Positions 54,575 through 64,000 of a stretch of 64,000 nt of DNA are shown here, piece after piece. The notes beneath the pieces are model-generated. The model saw nothing but the letters and a program-made list of their open reading frames with translations. It searched no databases and was not told the origin of the DNA. Each line of letters starts with the position of its first letter. Position 1 is the first letter of the stretch. Both the position numbers and the translations under genes were made by a program. Source of the stretch: Mycobacteriales bacterium (GTDB taxonomy: Bacteria > Actinomycetota > Actinomycetes > Mycobacteriales > QHCE01); assembly GCA_013362805.1 (NCBI GenBank), contig JABFVL010000008.1:18465-82464 (forward strand), in the 5' to 3' direction.

Positions 54575-55726
54575 ATGATCGACAATCGTCGCTTGCGTGC
54601 CCTGTTGCCCAAACGCGTGCTCGGTAAGGCCGGCAGCGGACACACCCAACAAGAAATCGCCCCCGAACATTCCATGGATCCGCGTGCCGAAGAACCCGCG
54701 CCCCTGGAATCGAGTGTCGTACACAGCGCGGTGTATCGAGATGGCAAACGCACGTCCACACCCGCCACCTTGGCGGAGGCACTCCGCAGCTTGCCGGATG
54801 CGTCTTCCATGGCCTGGATTGGCCTTTACCGGCCTCGGGAACCCCAATTGCTCGCCGCCGCCGAGCAGTTCGGGCTGCATGAGCTTGCGGTAGAGGACGC
54901 GATTGTCGCCCATCAGCGCCCCAAGTTGGAACGCTATGGCGACACTTTGTTCGTGGTGCTCCGGGCCGCCCGCTACCTGGATGAAACCGAACAAGTGAGC
55001 TTCGGTGAACTTCACGTGTTTATCGGGCCAGGTTTTGTCCTGACCGTGCGCCACAGCGAAACACCCGATCTAGCTGGGGTACGGCAACGCCTCGAAGATG
55101 ACCCCGAATTACTGAGGCTCGGGCCGGAGGCCGTACTGTACGCCATTTTGGACGCGGTAGTGGACGGGTACGCGCCCGTGGTGGCGGGACTACAAAATGA
55201 CATAGACGAGATCGAAACCGAAGTTTTCGGCGGCGACCCAGGCGCCTCCCGACGGATCTATGAGCTTTCTCGAGAAGTCATCGAATTTCAGCGCTCCACC
55301 AGGCCACTTTTGGCCATCCTCAAAGCATTGGCCGCTGGATTTACTAAATACGGCACAAATGAAGAATTGCAACGCTATTTGCGTGACGTTACTGACCACG
55401 CCACCACTGTCGCGGAACGAGTAGACGGCTTCCGACAAATGCTTTCCAGCATTTTGACAGTTAACGCGACTTTGGTTTCTCAAGCCCAAAATGAGGAAAT
55501 GAAACATTTGACCGAAGCGGGCTATGTCCAAAATGAAGAAATCAAAAAGGTTTCCGCCTGGGCGGCGATCCTCTTCGCGCCCACTCTCATCGGCACTATT
55601 TATGGCATGAATTTCCAACATATGCCCGAACTGAAATGGGTATTCGGCTATCCATTCGCTTTAGCGCTTATGGGTGCCACCTGTTTGAGCCTGTACGCCA
55701 CTTTCAAACGCAGAAACTGGCTATAG
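54575..55726 (+). CDS. corA: magnesium/cobalt transporter CorA
   Basis: Has the C-terminal YGMNF motif followed by the final TM helix, and typical CorA length. Confidence 0.9.
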   Translation: MIDNRRLRALLPKRVLGKAGSGHTQQEIAPEHSMDPRAEEPAPLESSVVHSAVYRDGKRTSTPATLAEALRSLPDASSMAWIGLYRPREPQLLAAAEQFGLHELAVEDAIVAHQRPKLERYGDTLFVVLRAARYLDETEQVSFGELHVFIGPGFVLTVRHSETPDLAGVRQRLEDDPELLRLGPEAVLYAILDAVVDGYAPVVAGLQNDIDEIETEVFGGDPGASRRIYELSREVIEFQRSTRPLLAILKALAAGFTKYGTNEELQRYLRDVTDHATTVAERVDGFRQMLSSILTVNATLVSQAQNEEMKHLTEAGYVQNEEIKKVSAWAAILFAPTLIGTIYGMNFQHMPELKWVFGYPFALALMGATCLSLYATFKRRNWL

Positions 55727-55797
55727 CGCATAAGTCCCATCAAGCTAAGTAAGCGCGCCTGGATAGCGCCGGAGAAATCGCGGATTAGTGTGGCTCT

Positions 55798-57030
55798 GTG
55801 ACCAGAATATTCCTGGCCCGTCTGGCGGATCTGCCGGTGTTGGACCCGTATGGGGACCAGCTCGGCCGAATTCGTGATGTTGTGCTGCGCATGCGGCTGG
55901 AGAATCAGGCCCCACGCATCACGGGTCTCGTTGTAGAAATTCAACACCGCCGACGCATTTTCGTGCCGATCGGTCGCATCACCGCGTTCGAGCCCGACAC
56001 CGTCATGCTCGGCACCGGCACAGTGAACGTCCGGCAATTCAAACAACACCCTGGTGAATTGCTGGCCTTCGCCGAGCTGCTGGACCGCAAGGTGACCATC
56101 ATCGAATCCGGCACGATTGCCATGTTGGTCGATGTCGCCATGGACCAGAACCGAGCTCACGAATGGTTGATCACCAAACTGGCCGTCCGTGAACAAACGG
56201 GGCGGCTCACCAGACGTGGCCAGCTACACCAACTCGACTGGCACGAAGTACAAGGCGTCATCACCGTGCCCGAAGAACAGGGCGCAGCGCACATGTTGGC
56301 CGCCTTCGAACAACTACACCCGGCTGACCTGGCGAACATGCTGCAAGACTTGTCGTTTAAACGTCGTGCCGAAGTCGCCGCCGCGCTCGATGACGAGCGC
56401 CTCGCCGACGTTTTGGAAGAGCTCCCGGAAAACGACCAAGTAGAAATCATCGAATCCCTGCAAGCCGAACGCGCTGCCGACGTGCTAGAGGCCATGGACC
56501 CAGATGACGCCGCCGACCTGTTGGGCGAACTTCCCGAAGGCGAAAAAGAAGAGCTGTTGCGGCTGATGCGCCCCGAGGACGCCGCCGACATGCGCCGACT
56601 CCTTCACTATTCCGCCAACACCGCTGGCGGGTTGATGACAACGAATCCCGTCATTGTTTCGCCCGATGCGACCATCGCTCAAGCACTTGCGAAAATCCGG
56701 GCTCCGGAAATCTCGCCCGTCGTCGCCGCTCAGGTTTATGTATGCCGCTCGCCTATCGATACACCCACCGGCCGATACCTCGGCGTCGTTCACTTTCAGC
56801 GACTGCTGCGCGAACCGCCCTCATCATTGGTGAGTTCGGCGCTGGACACCGATCTAGACCCCATTGATCCGCAAACACCACTACCAGAGGTCACTCGTAG
56901 CTTGGCGACGTACGACCTCATGGCCATTCCAGTGGTCGACTCAGCGGACCGCCTACTTGGCGCGGTGACCGTAGATGACGTGCTGGACCACATCCTGCCC
57001 ACCGACTGGCGGGACCGGGCCAATGAGTGA
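55798..57030 (+). CDS. soluble MgtE-N plus CBS-pair protein (no transporter TM domain)
   Basis: N-terminal PRC-barrel-like region, MgtE_N acidic helices (DERLADVLEELPENDQVEIIESLQAERAADVLEAMDPDDAADLL), and a CBS pair (GVVHFQRLL, GAVTVDDVLD). It ends without membrane helices. GTG start. Confidence 0.8.
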   Translation: MTRIFLARLADLPVLDPYGDQLGRIRDVVLRMRLENQAPRITGLVVEIQHRRRIFVPIGRITAFEPDTVMLGTGTVNVRQFKQHPGELLAFAELLDRKVTIIESGTIAMLVDVAMDQNRAHEWLITKLAVREQTGRLTRRGQLHQLDWHEVQGVITVPEEQGAAHMLAAFEQLHPADLANMLQDLSFKRRAEVAAALDDERLADVLEELPENDQVEIIESLQAERAADVLEAMDPDDAADLLGELPEGEKEELLRLMRPEDAADMRRLLHYSANTAGGLMTTNPVIVSPDATIAQALAKIRAPEISPVVAAQVYVCRSPIDTPTGRYLGVVHFQRLLREPPSSLVSSALDTDLDPIDPQTPLPEVTRSLATYDLMAIPVVDSADRLLGAVTVDDVLDHILPTDWRDRANE

Positions 57031-57532
57031 GATGCCCCGCGGAGCGAGCTCACGGGCGTCTACCCGGCTGGATCAGCCGCTGGAGCGCCGGCTCAACCGA
57101 CGCCGGTGGCATTTCGACGCGGATGCCTTCGGTCGCATCTCCGAACGGGTGGCGCGCTTCCTTGGCACCGGAAGATTTCTACTGATCCAAACGATTATCG
57201 TCATCGTGTGGATAACTCTGAATCTCCTCGCGGTGCGCCTGCGGTGGGACCCCTATCCGTTCATCCTGCTTAACCTGGCCTTTTCCACCCAGGCAGCCTA
57301 TGCGGCGCCACTCATTTTGCTCGCGCAGAACCGACAAGCGGACCGGGATCGCGTTTCGCTGGAAGAAGACCGGCAACGTGCGGCGGCCGCAAAAGAAGAC
57401 ACCGAATATTTGACCCGCGAACTGGCGGCGCTGCGACTAGCTTTGGGCGATGTGGCCACCCGAGACTTCATCCGCGACGAACTTGAACGAGTTTTGGAAC
57501 AAGCCCGCAAGCTCGACGAGCGCGGCCCCTAG
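57023..57532 (+). CDS. DUF1003 membrane protein
   Basis: WDPYPFILLNLAFSTQAAYAAPLILLAQNRQADRDR. The start is set at MSEMPRG (57023), overlapping the upstream stop. Confidence 0.75.
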   Translation: MSEMPRGASSRASTRLDQPLERRLNRRRWHFDADAFGRISERVARFLGTGRFLLIQTIIVIVWITLNLLAVRLRWDPYPFILLNLAFSTQAAYAAPLILLAQNRQADRDRVSLEEDRQRAAAAKEDTEYLTRELAALRLALGDVATRDFIRDELERVLEQARKLDERGP

Positions 57533-57563
57533 GGCCCGATCGCGCACTCGATAGCATGGGCCT

Positions 57564-58688
57564 ATGGCAGCCCTCGATACCTCCGCACTGCGTTCCGCAC
57601 TAGCAACCGTCAACGATCCGGAAATTCATCGGCCCATCACCGACCTCGGCATGGTGGAAGACGTGCTAGTTGAGGGCGGCAGTGTCACGGTCAAGCTGCT
57701 GCTCACGGTGGCGGGCTGCCCATTGAAAGACACCTTGCGCAAAGACATCAACGAGGCTCTATCGACGGTCGAGGGGGTGCGGAGCGTCCAGGTTGACATG
57801 GGTGTGATGAGTGATGAGCAGCGGCGGGAACTGCAAACGCAGCTGAGGGGCGGCACACCAGCCAAAGAAGTCCCATTCGCGCGGCCCGAGTCACGTACCC
57901 GCGTATATGCGGTTGCCTCGGGCAAAGGCGGGGTTGGCAAATCCAGCGTTACCGTCAATCTGGCGACCGCACTGGCGGCCCGGGGACTTTCCGTTGGCAT
58001 CGTCGATGCCGATATTTATGGGTTCTCTATCCCGCGCATGCTGGGTGTCACTGAACGGCCCACCCGGGTAGAAGAGATGATTATGCCGCCGTCCGCTCAT
58101 GGGGTGCGCGTGATTTCGATCGGCATGTTCGTCGCCGATAATGCCGCCGTGGTGTGGCGGGGCCCTATGTTGCACCGAGCCTTGCAACAGTTCTTGTCTG
58201 ACGTGTACTGGGGCGACTTGGACGTCCTGCTGATGGATCTGCCGCCAGGCACCGGCGATGTGGCGATCTCTTTGGCGCAACTCGTGCCTAACGCGGAAAT
58301 TTTGGTAGTGACCACACCGCAGCAAGCCGCTGCCGAAGTGGCCGAACGGGCGGGTTCCATCGCGGTTCAAACCCATCAGCACATTGTGGGTGTCATCGAA
58401 AACATGTCGTGGTTCAATACGCCCAACGGCGAGCGGCTGGAACTTTTCGGTGCCGGCGGCGGTCAAACCGTTGCCGATGCGTTGAGCAAAACCTTGGGCA
58501 CGCGTGTTCCGCTGCTTGGCCAGGTTCCGCTGGATCCGGCGGTGCGGGAGGGCGGAGATGTGGGCCAGCCGCTGGTGTTGGCGCGGCCCGACAGTGAGGC
58601 GAGCAAGGCATTGTCTGGAATCGCTGAACAGCTAGCGGTGCGCAAAGACACCCTGGTGGGGCGTTCGCTGGGCTTGTCTCCCGCTTAG
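57564..58688 (+). CDS. mrp: Mrp/ApbC Fe-S cluster carrier ATPase
   Basis: N-terminal DUF59-like region (VNDPEIHRPITDLGMV), deviant Walker A SGKGGVGKS, and DLPPGTGD. Confidence 0.9.
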   Translation: MAALDTSALRSALATVNDPEIHRPITDLGMVEDVLVEGGSVTVKLLLTVAGCPLKDTLRKDINEALSTVEGVRSVQVDMGVMSDEQRRELQTQLRGGTPAKEVPFARPESRTRVYAVASGKGGVGKSSVTVNLATALAARGLSVGIVDADIYGFSIPRMLGVTERPTRVEEMIMPPSAHGVRVISIGMFVADNAAVVWRGPMLHRALQQFLSDVYWGDLDVLLMDLPPGTGDVAISLAQLVPNAEILVVTTPQQAAAEVAERAGSIAVQTHQHIVGVIENMSWFNTPNGERLELFGAGGGQTVADALSKTLGTRVPLLGQVPLDPAVREGGDVGQPLVLARPDSEASKALSGIAEQLAVRKDTLVGRSLGLSPA

Positions 58689-58690
58689 AT

Positions 58691-59050
58691 TCAGGTGGCG
58701 TCGGGGTCGAAGCGAGGCTTTTCCGCGGGTTTCGCTTCGACGCTTCGCTGGCGTGGCATCGGATCGTTGATTTCGCGCGCTACGTCAGTGAACGGGCGAC
58801 GAAGATCTTCAAGGTCATCGTCGCTGAACAGGTGTTTTTGAACAAACTTTTTAGGGTGCAGATCTTCAAGTTCGACATCTGGGCCTAGTTGCTCGCGCAA
58901 GCCCGAGCTGGCTTCGCGAGCCATGCCCCGGACTTTTCGGAGCAGGCCCAAAGCATCGCGCACCAATTCAGGCAGGCGATCTGGGCCAAAGATGATGAGA
59001 GCGATCACGAGCAGTAGCCCGATCTCCCACCAGCCTAGATTCTCAAACAC
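58691..59050 (-). CDS. tatB: twin-arginine translocase subunit TatB
   Basis: MFENLGWWEIGLLLVIALIIFGPDRLPELVRD followed by an amphipathic helix. Confidence 0.8.
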   Translation of the reverse strand: MFENLGWWEIGLLLVIALIIFGPDRLPELVRDALGLLRKVRGMAREASSGLREQLGPDVELEDLHPKKFVQKHLFSDDDLEDLRRPFTDVAREINDPMPRQRSVEAKPAEKPRFDPDAT

Positions 59051-59083
59051 AGGGGTCCTTTACACATAGCGAATCTTCCTAGT

Positions 59084-60526
59084 TTACGAAGGACGATCCG
59101 TAAGGGTGACCTCGGTGCTCTTGCGCTGACCATCCCGCTCGTATTCGATGGTGATTTTCTCTCCGGCACCATGTTTTCGAATCAACGCTATGAGCGCTAC
59201 TGAGTCTTCCACGAATCTGCCATCGAACTTAACTATGACATCCCCGGGGCGAAGGCCGGCGGCCTCAGCGGCGCCACCAGAATCAACAGCTTCCAGCCGC
59301 ACACCACCGTTAATGCTTTGGTATCCCCGATCCAAGGTGGCGCTGATGACGGTGGTTTTAGCTTTTCCCTCTTTGATGAGCTGCTCGGCGATGCGTTTGG
59401 CGTGGTTGATCGGAATGGCGAAACCGAGCCCAATGCTGCCCTCTGAGCCGGGGGCCGTTGCGATGGCGCTGTTAATGCCAATCACGCGACCACTGCCGTC
59501 GACGAGCGCACCACCAGAGTTGCCTGGGTTGATGGGCGCGTCGGTTTGAATGGCGGCCATAAACGATTCATCGCTCACGGCGCTGTCACTTTCTCCACCG
59601 GTGACAACGGGGCGGTCAACGGCACTGACAATGCCCGAGGTGACTGTGCCTGATAGCCCAAGCGGCGCGCCGAAGGCCACGACTGGGTCGCCGACCCGGA
59701 CTTTGTCTGAGTTGCCGAGCGGTAGCGTGGTGAGGTCTTTTTTGTCGACCTTAAGCACGGCGATGTCGGAGCCGGCATCGGTGCCCACGATTTTGGCTTC
59801 GGCCGTGCTGCCATCGCTGAAGATCACCGAAAGCTCGCCATTTCGCCCTGGTTCGGCGACGTGGCTGTTCGTCATGATGTGGCCTTCATCGGAGATGACG
59901 AAGCCTGAACCGTTTCCTTCTTGGCCGGCGCTGGAGATAGCGACGGTCACCACGCCTGGTTGGGTTTGCTCGACAATTCCGGCGATGGATTCGGGCGGGC
60001 GTTGAGCGAGTTCATTACGGCCGGCGCTGCTGTTGAGAACGCCTTCGTTATCGTCGTCGGCCTTATCGGCAATAAAGTAGCCAAGTAGACCGGCTAGGAG
60101 CCCGGCGACCAGCGCGACAGCGATGGTGATCAATGGCCAACCCATTCGACCAGCAGGCGCCGCGGGAGGCATGCCGACGGTGGCTGGGGTGGCCTCGCGA
60201 GGCGGCTGCTGCCAACTGGGGCGAGTTTGGGGATCCCGCCAAGGATTATTGGCCCCGGTGCTGCTCCAAAACGCTGGCGTGGTGCTGTTACGCCATTCGG
60301 GTGGCACTGGCTGTGGGCCTAGTTGTTGCGTTGTGGAGGCCCCGCTGGGCATCTGCGGGCTTGGTTGCGTTGGTGACGCCGCCGGGGGGTTCGGTCCCTG
60401 GCTGGGCGGTGCGCCCTCTGCCGATGGCCCCGTCGACTCGCTCACTGTGCCCTCCCGAGCTGCCCGATCTTTGCTTGCACCCCTAACAATAAGGGCGCCG
60501 GCCCACTCCCTCCTGGAGCGGCCCAC
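59084..60526 (-). CDS. HtrA/PepD-like S1C serine protease with PDZ domain
   Basis: Pro-rich cytoplasmic N-terminus, one TM, a trypsin-like domain (TNSHV, DIAVLK, GNSGGAL) and a C-terminal PDZ (GLRPGDVIVKFDG). The exact start is uncertain. Confidence 0.85.
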   Translation of the reverse strand: MGRSRREWAGALIVRGASKDRAAREGTVSESTGPSAEGAPPSQGPNPPAASPTQPSPQMPSGASTTQQLGPQPVPPEWRNSTTPAFWSSTGANNPWRDPQTRPSWQQPPREATPATVGMPPAAPAGRMGWPLITIAVALVAGLLAGLLGYFIADKADDDNEGVLNSSAGRNELAQRPPESIAGIVEQTQPGVVTVAISSAGQEGNGSGFVISDEGHIMTNSHVAEPGRNGELSVIFSDGSTAEAKIVGTDAGSDIAVLKVDKKDLTTLPLGNSDKVRVGDPVVAFGAPLGLSGTVTSGIVSAVDRPVVTGGESDSAVSDESFMAAIQTDAPINPGNSGGALVDGSGRVIGINSAIATAPGSEGSIGLGFAIPINHAKRIAEQLIKEGKAKTTVISATLDRGYQSINGGVRLEAVDSGGAAEAAGLRPGDVIVKFDGRFVEDSVALIALIRKHGAGEKITIEYERDGQRKSTEVTLTDRPS

Positions 60527-60731
60527 AGGCTACGTATTTGCTGTTTACCAATTAATGCTCAGTAAACACTAGGTTTATTGCCGTGCGTACCCTTGCCAGC
60601 ACGCTACGTGGGAGGGTTCATTGCTTCCGGTAGCGAGAGCAGGGTAAATCTGCCACATTGGAGGAAGAACGCTGTCAATACGGCTGAGCGAATCATGGCC
60701 GTATTGGTATCTGTTCTACATCCCCTCACGC

Positions 60732-61430
60732 TTGGAGTGCTCCATGACGTCAACACTGGCCCTCGACAATGTGACCCCTCGGCAGCAACATGAGCCAGAA
60801 GTGGATTTGACCAGCATCATTGTCACTCATCGTGCAATGTGCACCGATCTTGCCCGATTCCCGGCCGCCGTGCGGGATATCGCCAAAGAACCCGTCGATG
60901 AGGACCGCGTTGACGCCTTAGTCGACTACGTAACAGCATTTTGTGCCGAACTTCATCGCCATCACCACTACGAAGATCATGTGCTGTGGCCCCTGATTGT
61001 CGCCTCAGCCGGAGACGCGATCAACCTTGACGAGCTAGAAGAGGACCATGCGGAGCTGGACCCGATGATGATGCGCGTCGCGTCCGCGCTGGCGGCTTTC
61101 TCCGAAAACCCGAGCAGTTCGGGCACCGAACTCGCCGACGCCCTTCAGACATTGGCTGACCACCTCATCGAGCACATCGGCGAAGAAGAAGCAGAGATGT
61201 TTCCCGTTATTCGACGCTATGTTTCCGCGCGAGATTTCCAATGGTGCGAGTCTGAACACGGCGCTGCAACCGATTCATTTGTGCTTCCGTGGCTGATGCA
61301 CTACGCCACCTCGCCCGAGCGTGAGCGCCTCGAGGCGAAGTCCGGTCTACCAGAGCGGGTGCTGCACGGCCTGGCAAAAGATGAGTTCGCGAAGGCCGAA
61401 CAGCTGATCTTTGGCCCCCTGCCCACATAG
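60732..61430 (+). CDS. hemerythrin-domain protein
   Basis: THRAM...HHHYEDHVLWP...EEDHAELD...HIGEEEAEMFP are HHE-type cation-binding helices. Confidence 0.7.
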   Translation: MECSMTSTLALDNVTPRQQHEPEVDLTSIIVTHRAMCTDLARFPAAVRDIAKEPVDEDRVDALVDYVTAFCAELHRHHHYEDHVLWPLIVASAGDAINLDELEEDHAELDPMMMRVASALAAFSENPSSSGTELADALQTLADHLIEHIGEEEAEMFPVIRRYVSARDFQWCESEHGAATDSFVLPWLMHYATSPERERLEAKSGLPERVLHGLAKDEFAKAEQLIFGPLPT

Positions 61431-61586
61431 CGTCATCTCCTTGCCGGAGGGGCGGATCGATGTAACGACTGTTTCGTGCGGGTCAAAAGCGACCAAGCGC
61501 AACGTATGTGGCGGATAACACGGCCGTTTATTAGTCCTATCCGCACGAAACGTCACTAATGTGAGGTCCATGCCCGGGAGCCCACC

Positions 61587-61985
61587 ATGAGTGACACTTC
61601 CTTGAAGAAACGTCTATCCACTGTCACCACCAAAGGTGGGCAATACCTGAAGGCAGGCGCCTGGATCGCGCTCGGCCTGGTTATCGCCGTCATGGGGATC
61701 CGACATTCGATCAACCTCGGCGATGAAAAAACGGGCACGATTCTTGGGGTATACACAGCCGGAGCCGCGCTATTCGGACTCGCCGTAGGACTGTTGAGCA
61801 CCAGCCAGATAGGTAATTCCATCTTCGGGATCCTCCCCGACAGCTGGCAGCTACCGGGCCGCCTCATTGTTACCGCGCTGGGAATCATCGCCATGTTCGG
61901 TTCCGCGGACAACGCCGGAGTTGCCTTGGTCGCGGCCGGTGGCGGGTTCGCTATCGCATACGGCTGGCGGGCGGCGACGGGCTAA
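61587..61985 (+). CDS. small 4-TM membrane protein
   Basis: 132 aa with four hydrophobic helices. Its stop lies 23 nt upstream of the next ORF's start. Confidence 0.5.
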   Translation: MSDTSLKKRLSTVTTKGGQYLKAGAWIALGLVIAVMGIRHSINLGDEKTGTILGVYTAGAALFGLAVGLLSTSQIGNSIFGILPDSWQLPGRLIVTALGIIAMFGSADNAGVALVAAGGGFAIAYGWRAATG

Positions 61986-62008
61986 CGCAATCGAGATAGG
62001 CGGGGACG

Positions 62009-64000
62009 TTGCCCAAGATAGATCATCCAGAGTGGGCACTAGACTATTTAAGCCATCTGCCAGGGAAGATAGTCGAGCTGCTCGGCGCACGAGAAATCAG
62101 CGTGCGACCCGATTTGGTATCGCCAGGGAACCCCTTTCGCCGCTGCCTGGATATCGTGACCAGGGATGGGCACGGGAAATTTCATGCCTACGTCCAAGTG
62201 GACCAGGATCTCGAGCGGATAACCGTATCCGATGTCGATGGAAAAGCACGCACCGCGCTTATCTCCCTGCCGCCGCACCCCAAGCGTTTGGACCTGGAAC
62301 GAGGATTAAGCATCGCTTTAGCGGGCACATTGGGCTATTTCATTGGTGTCGAAAGTTTTCCCGCGAAAGACCCGGAGAAAGGCAAGCGCTATCCAATTAG
62401 CCCCACATATCCAAGCGCCTTGTACAGCAAATCACCCACCGGCACGATTTCCCTGTCCCCCGATGGGTTCGCACTCACCGTGGAAGGGGCGATGCTGGAA
62501 CACCAAATCGGCAAATACACCACCTCACATATCCAACGTAAGCGCTGGATCGCGCGGCTTCACACCGTGGTCGACCTGTTGGGCAAGACCGATGAGCTCG
62601 TTCAACTCGCGGCCGCGGCCACCCCAGAAACATTGCGACTCGCTCCCTATCGTGGGCGATTCAGCAGATGGACGCCCGCCCATGCCCGACGAATCCCAGG
62701 GCGAGTGAGCGGACTTGACGTACTGAAAATTCGTGGCCTACTAGCCCTGCCCAACGTGCCGGGCATATTCGGCTCGAATCAGGGGCAAGCTCTTCGATAT
62801 GGACCGGCCGCCGCTGGGGATCTAGTCACATACGCCACCGCTGGATATGCCGTTGAAACAACAGCGGGCTGGCGAGCGGCCGACGACGCTCCCGCCAGGC
62901 TCCGACAGCGCGTCCAATGGCGCGCGCTCATTTCAGGGAGCCTCCTCCCCCGGCTCGTCGCTGTTGCCGGGCGTTTCGCGGGCGGATCATCTGCCTCCGA
63001 TACACAAATGGGCATGAGCGCCAAGTTTGAAAACGCGTTCTGGCAGGAAGTCCTCGCCCGTCACAGTGTCAACGCCTTAGCCCTGTTCGCCAGTGAGGTG
63101 CGGATGAGCCCCCATCTGGCGAGCAATGCCGAGCTTGGCTCCCGAACCATGGAAGTAATGCGGCGTGGCGAACCCGCTGAACTGGTCGCGCAATGGCACC
63201 AAGACGCGACCGCTTTGCTAAGCCAATGGAACAAAGTTATCGCCGCCGACCAACGGGTCAGTGCGACGGGGAAATGGCCCCCGGGATTTTGGCCAAAGTT
63301 CGACCCATTGCACTCAGCTATCGAGGAGCACTACGAAGCTCGGATAGCGGTTCGCTCCGCGTTAGAAGCCGCAGGCTTAGAGCGATCCTTCATGGCATCC
63401 ACGCTTGGCCAGGTTGACGTACTTACCCGATTGAAAAAGCGCGTTCTCGCTTTGGGTTTAGGCAGCGGGTTAGGGGCAAGTTTGGCGGCTCTCACTCCTT
63501 ACCCGGAATTAGGATTGCTGGGTCTATCCGGTTTCATGTTGAATGTCGTGGGAAACTTATGGTCTGGCCAGCTTGCCGCCGGAGAACAAGAAGAACAAGC
63601 TATCCGTGAACAAGCAAATGCACAATTGCTCCAGGGCTACGCCGATAGTTTATTGGAGCTGGTACGAGAAGGTACCCAGAAATGGAACGACAATAAAGAC
63701 GCGTCCATAGATTCCAGTTGTTTGAGTCCCCCACAGCTTGATTCACGTCCACGCCTCGCGCCATATATCAAGGCCGCTGGAGTCTATACGCTTCCCACCA
63801 CCACTGCCGGCTGGGTTAGCACGCTTCCAGCGTCTATCCAACCGTTAGCATTCGGCATAATAACTTCGTCTTTCTTGAGTGGACCGAGTGTCGCGGCGCA
63901 GTTTTATCTGAAACGAAAATTCCTCGAACTACGGGGCGCTGAGGGGCAGAAACTTGCCGCTGAAATCGTTAAAAGAAGATCCGACCTGCCTAATTGGAAA
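62009..64000 (+). CDS. large hypothetical protein, 5' part only (continues past right edge)
   Basis: My own translation gives an open frame from the TAG at 61997-61999 to base 64000 (664 codons from TTG 62009, preceded by GGCGGGGA; an alternative GTG lies at 62102). The first 450 aa or so look soluble. After that come Gly/Leu-rich hydrophobic segments (LALGLGSGLGASLAAL..., LAFGIITSSFLSG). It is not in the ORF track and I recognise no motif. Confidence 0.6.
   Translation, partial: MPKIDHPEWALDYLSHLPGKIVELLGAREISVRPDLVSPGNPFRRCLDIVTRDGHGKFHAYVQVDQDLERITVSDVDGKARTALISLPPHPKRLDLERGLSIALAGTLGYFIGVESFPAKDPEKGKRYPISPTYPSALYSKSPTGTISLSPDGFALTVEGAMLEHQIGKYTTSHIQRKRWIARLHTVVDLLGKTDELVQLAAAATPETLRLAPYRGRFSRWTPAHARRIPGRVSGLDVLKIRGLLALPNVPGIFGSNQGQALRYGPAAAGDLVTYATAGYAVETTAGWRAADDAPARLRQRVQWRALISGSLLPRLVAVAGRFAGGSSASDTQMGMSAKFENAFWQEVLARHSVNALALFASEVRMSPHLASNAELGSRTMEVMRRGEPAELVAQWHQDATALLSQWNKVIAADQRVSATGKWPPGFWPKFDPLHSAIEEHYEARIAVRSALEAAGLERSFMASTLGQVDVLTRLKKRVLALGLGSGLGASLAALTPYPELGLLGLSGFMLNVVGNLWSGQLAAGEQEEQAIREQANAQLLQGYADSLLELVREGTQKWNDNKDASIDSSCLSPPQLDSRPRLAPYIKAAGVYTLPTTTAGWVSTLPASIQPLAFGIITSSFLSGPSVAAQFYLKRKFLELRGAEGQKLAAEIVKRRSDLPNWK

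Noticed and set aside
57891-58466. 191-aa minus-strand ORF
   Set aside because: It is antisense to the Mrp/ApbC gene.
1-64000. CRISPR arrays, tRNA/rRNA genes, transposases or integrases, prophage structural genes
   Set aside because: No regularly spaced direct repeats, no tRNA-like T-arm/acceptor combinations, and no DDE, tyrosine or serine recombinase motifs appear in any listed ORF or in my reading of the intergenic regions. I could not run dedicated scans (tRNAscan, Infernal).

Overview
This is a high-GC actinobacterial chromosomal window. I saw no rRNA, tRNA, CRISPR array, transposase or integrase. The backbone matches two conserved actinobacterial neighbourhoods as I recall them from Mycobacterium. 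The first is the adnA/adnB helicase-nuclease region, with an Atl-like protein, MBL hydrolase, DUF3152, TetR, DUF3107, a ferritin-like protein and a DEAD-box helicase. The second is corA, a soluble MgtE-N/CBS protein, DUF1003, mrp, tatB and htrA, plus a cobalamin-riboswitch-controlled BtuFCD-like importer. Several AT-richer accessory islets sit on this backbone. (1) A 19.2-kb mosaic block separates adnA from adnB. It carries a tightly coupled hisGDBHAFIE operon led by a TrpR/YerC-like regulator, and its HisG lacks a regulatory domain. It also carries hemolysin-III, DUF2332, a PadR-ABC module, a frameshifted XRE regulator with a GNAT gene, an orphan LexA-type SOS box, and a divergent pair made of an atypical sigma-70-like protein and a 793-aa protein with a transglutaminase-like Cys-His-Asp core. 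(2) Two paralogous small proteins lie next to a Wzz/O-antigen-ligase fusion and a putative transferase. (3) Large AT-richer ORFs with no recognisable domains run off both window edges; neither is in the ORF track because it lacks a stop in the window. The sigma/TGase-like pair and the right-edge membrane-protein plus giant-ORF locus are my best candidates for an undescribed system. All functional calls rest on motif recognition by eye, with no database search.
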